The notes beneath the pieces were generated by a model. That model worked only from the letters and a program-made list of their open reading frames with translations. It ran no database searches and was not told the origin of the DNA. The position numbers and the translations under genes are program-made. 64,000 nucleotides of DNA from an uncultured bacterium (GTDB lineage: Bacteria > Zhuqueibacterota > QNDG01 > DSAB01): the NCBI GenBank assembly GCA_964651045.1, contig CAZYVD010000010.1, forward strand, positions 828 to 64,827, in the 5' to 3' direction. This document shows positions 57,936 to 64,000 of this stretch, piece by piece (position 1 is the stretch's first letter; every line of letters begins with the position of its first letter).

Positions 57936-58960
57936 CAGAAATAGTATCTGTTATCAAACATTCATTAATGATAACAACGTTTGTCTTTGTAATGATGCTG
58001 ATAGTAGACTACATCAATGTCATCACATCAGGACGGTTATCGGTTTTAATGAAAGGAGGAAAATGGCGGCAGTACATGACAAGCTCCTTTTTAGGTGCAA
58101 CTCCTGGCTGTCTCGGATCATTCATGAATGTCTCATTCTATGTACATGGACTCATAGGTTTCGGGGCGATCGTGGGAGGAATGATTGCAACATCTGGGGA
58201 CGAGGCCTTTGTCATGCTTACCCTCTTTCCTGGAAAAGCGCTTATCCTCTTTGGACTTCTGATGATAATGGGCATTATATTTGGGTTTGTAGCCGACAGG
58301 ATCGCAAGTGTTCTTAAAATCACACCGTGCCAGGAGTGCGACCTTCAACAGATACATACAATCGAAACCTGTCAGTGTTTTGATAAAACCGAGCTTTCCA
58401 AAAACTTTTTTAATATATCCATCCAACGAGCAGTACTTGTTCTCGGTACAGTTATTATCATTGTTGCACTGACAACAGGGATCATCGGACCCGAGGAGTG
58501 GAACTGGGAGAAAGTCACACTGACGATTCTCGTGGCTGTGGCTGCAGTCATTGTGGGAAGTGTACCCAATCATTATCTCAGAGAACACATCTGGGATCAT
58601 ATTGTAAGAAAACATCTTTGGAAAATCTTTCTCTGGTCACTACTTGCACTCTTTGTTATAAACATTGGGTTAGAACACTGGAACCTGGAATCCTTTATCA
58701 AGAGTCACATGGGGTGGGTGCTCATCATCAGTGGTATTGCCGGAATCATCCCTGAATCCGGTCCGCACATGATTTTTGTCATAATGTTTGCTCAGGGTCT
58801 AATCCCATTCTCTGTGCTTCTTACGAGTTCTTTTGTTCAGGACGGCCATGGAATGCTGCCGCTTCTATCCTATTCAGTAAGGGATTCTGTGATGATCAAG
58901 GCCTTTAATCTTGTTTTTGGACTCGTGGTCGGTGGACTGCTCTTCGCAATCGGATGGTAG
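57932..58960 (+). CDS. Putative manganese/metal transporter (DUF2899-like)
   Basis: LGATPGCLG, IATSGDEAFVM, IPESGPH, QDGHGMLPLL; multiple TM segments. Confidence 0.8.
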   Translation: MTEIVSVIKHSLMITTFVFVMMLIVDYINVITSGRLSVLMKGGKWRQYMTSSFLGATPGCLGSFMNVSFYVHGLIGFGAIVGGMIATSGDEAFVMLTLFPGKALILFGLLMIMGIIFGFVADRIASVLKITPCQECDLQQIHTIETCQCFDKTELSKNFFNISIQRAVLVLGTVIIIVALTTGIIGPEEWNWEKVTLTILVAVAAVIVGSVPNHYLREHIWDHIVRKHLWKIFLWSLLALFVINIGLEHWNLESFIKSHMGWVLIISGIAGIIPESGPHMIFVIMFAQGLIPFSVLLTSSFVQDGHGMLPLLSYSVRDSVMIKAFNLVFGLVVGGLLFAIGW

Positions 58961-58978
58961 ACAGGAGTCGGAATAGAT

Positions 58979-59932
58979 ATGATAATATTCGGCCCAGTTC
59001 CATCCAGAAGACTCGGAAGAAGCCTTGGAATAAACAACATACCATACAAGGCATGTACATATTCATGCATCTACTGCCAGCTTGGAAAAACCAAAAAGTT
59101 AACTGCAGAGCCTCAGCAATATTACGATCCAGAACAGATTCTTACCATGACAGCAGATTCAGTAGATAAATTACAAGAAAATAAAGAGCATATAGACTAC
59201 ATCACCTTTGTTCCTGATGGAGAACCCACTCTCGATATTAATCTTGGAAGAGAGATAGAGCTGCTCAAGGGGCTTGGGATAAAAGTTGCCGTGATAACAA
59301 ATTCCTCTCTTATATGGAGAGATGATGTGCGGCAAAGGCTTTCAAAGGCCGATCTGGTATCTTTGAAGGTAGACTCATTAACAGAACAGTCGTGGCACAG
59401 AATCAACAGGCCGCATCCTCTTCTCAATATCGATGATATTAAAGAATCTATGATCTCATTTGCAAAGGATTACCGCGGCACCATTATAACAGAGACCATG
59501 CTTGTGGGCGGAATAAATGATGACTTAGAAGAGATAAAAAGGATAGGTGAATTCTTGTTAAAGCTCAGGCCCAAAACCGCATATCTCTCTATTCCAACAC
59601 GTCCTCCAGCAGAAAAATGGGTCAAGAGTCCGAGTCCTGCCCTACTCGCCCAGTCATTTAAGACTCTAAAGGATTCAGGCCTCTTTCCAGAATATCTAAC
59701 AGAATACGAGGGAAATCTTTTCTCGAAAAGAAATGACCTCAGAGAAGACCTTTTAAGCATTACTTCAGTCCATCCCATGCGCGAGGAGGGTGTTAGAGAA
59801 TTTCTGTTAAAAAATGACGGTGACTGGTCACTGGTAGATGAACTCATTAGAGACGGGCTTATTGTTAAAAAAGAATATGATGGGAAGATCTTTTATCGCA
59901 GAAGATTTTCAGGGAATGACAAAAAACTTTAA
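58979..59932 (+). CDS. Radical SAM protein
   Basis: FGPVPSRRLGRSLGIN, CTYSCIYC, GEPTL. Confidence 0.93.
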   Translation: MIIFGPVPSRRLGRSLGINNIPYKACTYSCIYCQLGKTKKLTAEPQQYYDPEQILTMTADSVDKLQENKEHIDYITFVPDGEPTLDINLGREIELLKGLGIKVAVITNSSLIWRDDVRQRLSKADLVSLKVDSLTEQSWHRINRPHPLLNIDDIKESMISFAKDYRGTIITETMLVGGINDDLEEIKRIGEFLLKLRPKTAYLSIPTRPPAEKWVKSPSPALLAQSFKTLKDSGLFPEYLTEYEGNLFSKRNDLREDLLSITSVHPMREEGVREFLLKNDGDWSLVDELIRDGLIVKKEYDGKIFYRRRFSGNDKKL

Positions 59933-59942
59933 AAGAGGAAAA

Positions 59943-60389
59943 ATGAAAAACAAAAAAGAGAATAAACTAAAAAGGCTGGCAAGATCATTCTACGGTGCAT
60001 TAAAGAGCCTCGGCTTTGCACTGCCTGCCATTGTAGTAGTGATTCTTTTAACCGGTCTTTTCAGGACATTCATCTCAAAAAAGATGATAGTGTCGATATT
60101 CAGTGGACATGGACTGCTCGATACACTGGTTGGATCAATATCAGGCAGCATATCTGCAGGCAACCCGATCACAAGTTATATAATCGGAGGAGAACTTTTA
60201 AAAAACAGTGTGAGCCTCTTTGCAGTCACCTCATTCATTGTGGCATGGGTCACTGTGGGAATAATCCAGCTCCCTGTGGAGTCTGCATTCCTCGGTAAAA
60301 GATTTGCCGTTGTGCGAAACGGCGTAAGTTTTATCCTCTCTATTCTCGTATCGATTGCTACGGTACTGACATTGAGGACAATCTCATGA
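59943..60389 (+). CDS. Small permease (DUF318/ArsP-like, half-size)
   Basis: GSISAGNPITSYIIGGELL..GV-type motif, QLPVE..FLGKRFAV.RN. Confidence 0.72.
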   Translation: MKNKKENKLKRLARSFYGALKSLGFALPAIVVVILLTGLFRTFISKKMIVSIFSGHGLLDTLVGSISGSISAGNPITSYIIGGELLKNSVSLFAVTSFIVAWVTVGIIQLPVESAFLGKRFAVVRNGVSFILSILVSIATVLTLRTIS

Positions 60390-60922
60390 AAAACAATAAA
60401 CCTGAAAACGCAAAGAAAAAAACCAGAAAGGGAAATTACAGGTACTACCTTCTCCTCGCCAGCCTCTTCCTTTATGCGATCCTTTTTATTTTAAAACCAG
60501 AAGATACACTGAAGGCAATGAAGACTTCCCTTGCCACATTGATTCAGATCGTTCCGATCCTTCTCGGAGTCATACTTTTCATGGGAATGTTCAACTACTT
60601 TATAAATCCTAAAAAACTTTCATATTATCTCGGAAAAGAATCCGGAGTCAAGGGATGGTTTCTTGCAGTATCTGCAGGAGTTTTAAGCCACGGCGCAATT
60701 TATGTGTGGTACAGCCTGTTAAAAGAGTTGAGGGAACATGGAATGAGGAGCGGTCTGGCTGCAGTCTTTCTGTACAACAGGGCAATAAAGATTCCCTTCA
60801 TACCAGTCATGGTATATTACTTTGGAATCAAGTATGTAATTGTACTGCTTCTCTATATGATAATCTTGTCTGTGTTAGAAGGAAAAATTGTGGAGGTATT
60901 AATAGATGAAAAAACTCACTAA
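60386..60922 (+). CDS. Small permease (DUF318/ArsP-like partner)
   Basis: LGKESGVKGW, GVLSHGAIYVWY.LL.EL...GM, FLYNRAIKIP; overlaps the previous gene by 4 bp. Confidence 0.7.
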   Translation: MKNNKPENAKKKTRKGNYRYYLLLASLFLYAILFILKPEDTLKAMKTSLATLIQIVPILLGVILFMGMFNYFINPKKLSYYLGKESGVKGWFLAVSAGVLSHGAIYVWYSLLKELREHGMRSGLAAVFLYNRAIKIPFIPVMVYYFGIKYVIVLLLYMIILSVLEGKIVEVLIDEKTH

Positions 60923-61613
60923 TATTAACTTCATCATCGATGCAATTCTATTCATCATTGTAATGGCAATGGGTGGAATCGGATTTCTGATGAAATTCAT
61001 ACTTATCCCCGGTACTGAACGCTGGGATGTCTATGGAAGCAATGTTGAGCTCAAACTCTGGGGATGGGACAGACACCAGTGGGGGTCTCTTCATCTCATT
61101 CTAGGATATGTTTTCCTCGCTCTTCTTCTGCTTCACATCATCCTCCACTGGAATCAGATCAAATGTATTTTCAATAATATGGTTAGAAGAAGGGCTCACA
61201 GAGTAATCATTACACTTATCTTTTTAATATTGAGCCTTGTTGTTTTTCTCTTCGCATTCTTTGTTCCATTTGACGTAATTGCTGTTGAAAGCGGGCAGGG
61301 AAGGAAAATAGAACCCCAAGACCAAATTAAAACGCACTCCCAGCAGTCAATAAAAGATTCGCAAGAGAAATCATCAAGAAGCAGTGGAAAACAGAAAGGT
61401 CAAAACAGGACTGTAATGGTCAATGGATCAATGACCCTTGAAGAAGCTGGAGAAAAATATCGAATACCTGCAGACACCCTTAAAAGATTGCTCAACATCC
61501 CGCCCGAAACATCCAGTAGCCAGAGACTCGGAATACTGAGAAAAATGTACGGCTTTCGCATGAGCGATGTTGAGCGCTCAATCGAAAAATATATAGAATC
61601 AAAAAGAGAGTAA
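60906..61613 (+). CDS. DUF4405-like membrane protein
   Basis: WGSLHLILG...LHIILHW (His in TM helices); C-terminal GSMTL.E...Y.IP domain. Confidence 0.78.
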   Translation: MKKLTNINFIIDAILFIIVMAMGGIGFLMKFILIPGTERWDVYGSNVELKLWGWDRHQWGSLHLILGYVFLALLLLHIILHWNQIKCIFNNMVRRRAHRVIITLIFLILSLVVFLFAFFVPFDVIAVESGQGRKIEPQDQIKTHSQQSIKDSQEKSSRSSGKQKGQNRTVMVNGSMTLEEAGEKYRIPADTLKRLLNIPPETSSSQRLGILRKMYGFRMSDVERSIEKYIESKRE

Positions 61614-61624
61614 AAAATTGAGCT

Positions 61625-62266
61625 ATGAAAATAACCATAATATATGACAACACACAGCATCAGGAAGAGCTTCAGCCCGACTGGGGTTTTTCAGCTCTTG
61701 TTGAACTCGATAACAACTCTAAAATACTATTCGATGCAGGAGCAGATGGCTTGATCCTTCTATCCAATATGGAAAAACTCGGAATAGATCCTAAATCAAT
61801 TAGTACTGTATTCATCTCCCATGCACATTACGACCATATAGGTGGACTTTCAACTTTCCTCAATACCAATAATGATGTAAGGGTATTTGTACCTGTTTCA
61901 CTAAAGGGAATCCACAGAGCAAGAGAGGTGATCTCCATAGTAGGTCCAATGGAAATAGGCGAAAATCTATTCTCAACAGGCGAGCTGGATAGAATCGAAC
62001 AGTCTCTTGTTGTAAGAATCGAAAAAGGAGTCCTGCTCATAGTTGGCTGCTCGCATCCTAAGATGGAACACATCTTCAGTGCCGCCGAACAATATGGAAA
62101 TATTCGCGCAATAGTTGGAGGCATGCATGGACTGAGGAAATTTGATCTGTTCAGAGATTTAGAGCTCATCTGCCCCACACATTGCACACAGAACAAGGAT
62201 GAAATAGAATATATGTTTCCTAAAAAGTATATAGAAGGCGGAGCAGGAAAGGTTATATCATTTTAA
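61625..62266 (+). CDS. MBL-fold metallo-hydrolase
   Basis: WGFS.L, LFDAG, SHAHYDHIGG, GCSHP, GGMH, PTHCT. Confidence 0.9.
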   Translation: MKITIIYDNTQHQEELQPDWGFSALVELDNNSKILFDAGADGLILLSNMEKLGIDPKSISTVFISHAHYDHIGGLSTFLNTNNDVRVFVPVSLKGIHRAREVISIVGPMEIGENLFSTGELDRIEQSLVVRIEKGVLLIVGCSHPKMEHIFSAAEQYGNIRAIVGGMHGLRKFDLFRDLELICPTHCTQNKDEIEYMFPKKYIEGGAGKVISF

Positions 62267-62293
62267 TCCTGATATCATAGAAAGGAGCAAACC

Positions 62294-62737
62294 ATGAAAA
62301 GAATTGGCATTATCATTTGCGCAAGATATCAGTCGTGCGGAGGAGGAAAATGCCTGAGGTCAATGCGCGAACATGTTGGTGCTTTCTCTATTTATCCAGA
62401 AGATGAAAAATTAGAACTCGTTGGTTATTCATACTGCGGAGGTTGTCCAGGGGGAAATGTGGAATATGTTCCTGAAGAGATGATAAACAATGGTGCAGAA
62501 GTAATCCACCTTGCAACAGGACTAGTTGTGGGATATCCTCCGTGTCCGAGGATAAGACAATTTAAAGAATTCATCGAGTCAAATTATAAAATTCCGGTTG
62601 TCATTGGAACACATCCAATTCCCCTGAAGTACTGGGATGCACATAAGAAGCTCTCATTCTGGAAAAAGATGAAAATGGAAAAGATTGCTACAACCCTTAT
62701 GGAAGAAGATAAAAAAATCATGGAAGCATATAATTAA
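62294..62737 (+). CDS. CGGC domain protein
   Basis: CGGGKC, CGGCPG, IHLATG...YPPCP, GTH. Confidence 0.9.
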   Translation: MKRIGIIICARYQSCGGGKCLRSMREHVGAFSIYPEDEKLELVGYSYCGGCPGGNVEYVPEEMINNGAEVIHLATGLVVGYPPCPRIRQFKEFIESNYKIPVVIGTHPIPLKYWDAHKKLSFWKKMKMEKIATTLMEEDKKIMEAYN

Positions 62738-62776
62738 TAGATACTCATCTTACTATCACCATGAAAGGAATGAATA

Positions 62777-63844
62777 ATGGAGATGAAAAATCTTAAACTA
62801 TTCGAGAAAGACCTCGATAGATGCATTCGCTGCGCTTACTGTTTCGAAGGATGTCCTGTATATAAAGAACTTGAATGGGAAACAGACAGTCCGAGAGGCA
62901 AAATGGTAATTGCCTATGGACTGCTTACAGGAGAATTAGAGGTTTCAGATTATGTTGTTGAAAAACTTTTTCAGTGCACATTTTGCAAGGATTGTATAGA
63001 GAGATGTTCTGCTCATGTTTCAGTACCAGATATTATTGCAGCAGCACGTAGCGACCTTTTTAATGAGGGCTATTCATACAACTCTCATAAGTCTCTTCTG
63101 GATAAAATCGAAATGAGCGGAAACATCTTTGGTAAAAGGCTCGAATCACCACCAACGGATGGAGAGAAGACAGTGCTGCTTGGCTGCAGACTTCTCGACA
63201 GGAAATCGGACGCACAAAAATACCTCTTAATTCTCGAAAAACTTGGCATAAAACCAAAAACCTTTGATGAGACCTGCTGCGGAATGCCATTTGCCGTTCT
63301 TGGCGATAAAAATGGTTTTTCCAGACAGCAGGATAAATTCACTGAATCGATACCAGACAGAAAGGAAGAGATACTCTGCGTCTGTACAACATGTGCATTC
63401 TTTATTCAAAAAAAATATCCCGATTTAAGGTCAAAATATATCATAAATGAAATTATTGAAAGATTATCTAAATTTAAAAATAACATAAAAAAATTAAACA
63501 TGACAGTTACATATCACGATCCGTGCAATGTTGCAAGAGGCCTTGGCATGGTGGATCAGCCCAGATGGCTTCTTGAAAAGATCGGAGTCAATTTGGTAGA
63601 GATGGCAACTTATGGAATGGAGGCAGAGTGCTGTGGTGGCGGAGGAGGTGTGCTTGTTACAGATAAAAAGTTATCGGAGGCCATGGCCGATCATCGGATA
63701 AGACAGGCAATCGAAACAGGTGCAGAATATCTTGTAACTCTCTGCCCAACCTGTGAACTAAACCTCCACAATGCGGCAGAAAGGGCTGGGGGAAAACTAA
63801 AAGTTAAAAATGTGCTCGACCTTGTATACGATGCACTTGTTTGA
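62777..63844 (+). CDS. HdrD/GlpC-like Fe-S oxidoreductase (2x4Fe-4S plus CCG domains)
   Basis: CIRCAYCFEGCP, CTFCKDCIERC, TCCG, YHDPC, CCGGGGG, CPTC. Confidence 0.9.
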   Translation: MEMKNLKLFEKDLDRCIRCAYCFEGCPVYKELEWETDSPRGKMVIAYGLLTGELEVSDYVVEKLFQCTFCKDCIERCSAHVSVPDIIAAARSDLFNEGYSYNSHKSLLDKIEMSGNIFGKRLESPPTDGEKTVLLGCRLLDRKSDAQKYLLILEKLGIKPKTFDETCCGMPFAVLGDKNGFSRQQDKFTESIPDRKEEILCVCTTCAFFIQKKYPDLRSKYIINEIIERLSKFKNNIKKLNMTVTYHDPCNVARGLGMVDQPRWLLEKIGVNLVEMATYGMEAECCGGGGGVLVTDKKLSEAMADHRIRQAIETGAEYLVTLCPTCELNLHNAAERAGGKLKVKNVLDLVYDALV

Positions 63845-63868
63845 TATTCTTTGTAAAGTTTATCATTA

Positions 63869-63897
63869 GGATGCCATCGCTTTAAACGATGGCATCC
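63869..63897 (+). terminator. Hairpin ending the Fe-S/metal cluster
   Basis: GGATGCCATCG-ctttaaa-CGATGGCATCC followed by a pyrimidine-rich tail. Confidence 0.6.
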
Positions 63898-63947
63898 CTT
63901 CTCATTGAAAGAATTCAAAACCTCTACATAATTCTCAAGTAAAGGGA

Positions 63948-63975
63948 AAGTCCCCTCATTAATATGAGGGGACTT
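63948..63975. repeat. Second perfect hairpin near the window end
   Basis: AAGTCCCCTCAT-taat-ATGAGGGGACTT. Confidence 0.6.
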
Positions 63976-64000
63976 AAAAAAATGGGATGATTCTCCCTTT

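Noticed and set aside
51713-63844. Selenocysteine recoding or a nitrogenase-related function in the Cys-rich cluster
   Set aside because: No in-frame TGA interrupting a recognisable domain was seen, and no nifHDK-like genes are present.
1-64000. CRISPR array, tRNA, rRNA, integrase or prophage
   Set aside because: No regularly spaced repeats, cloverleaf or rRNA signatures, or phage genes were recognised.

Overview
Gene-dense 64 kb window from a diderm bacterium, probably an anaerobe. The DnaK carries the diderm-type insert, and the PorV/PorQ-like and FlgD-Ig proteins, Bat operon and lipoproteins suggest an FCB-related lineage such as KSB1 or Calditrichota; the lineage is inference only. Layout: (1) 1-2884, minus: GT2, DUF4292-like and TPR envelope genes. 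(2) 3017-34177, plus: priA, phosphoesterase, MFS, a vWA/FlgD-Ig secreted protein paired with a PorV-like barrel/CARDB/OmpA fusion, Zn peptidase-degP, hsp20-grpE-dnaJ-fmdB-dnaK-clpB behind a sigma54-type promoter, and an expanded moxR-DUF58-batABCDE cluster. (3) 34234-34811: a decayed REP-associated tyrosine transposase flanked by inverted REP-like palindromes and an exact 38-bp direct repeat. (4) 34819-51158, minus: an ATPase-less metal uptake operon led by a CxxC/RAPP (DUF2946-like) upstream ORF, a degenerate sigma54-type regulator, two RND permeases with an adaptor, hpt and capA. (5) 51713-63844, plus: a 19-gene Fe-S/metal-handling cluster of mostly uncharacterised families, with two copies of a palindromic operator next to a DUF134 gene. 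No tRNA, rRNA or CRISPR array was seen. All family calls come from motif recognition by eye, not database searches.
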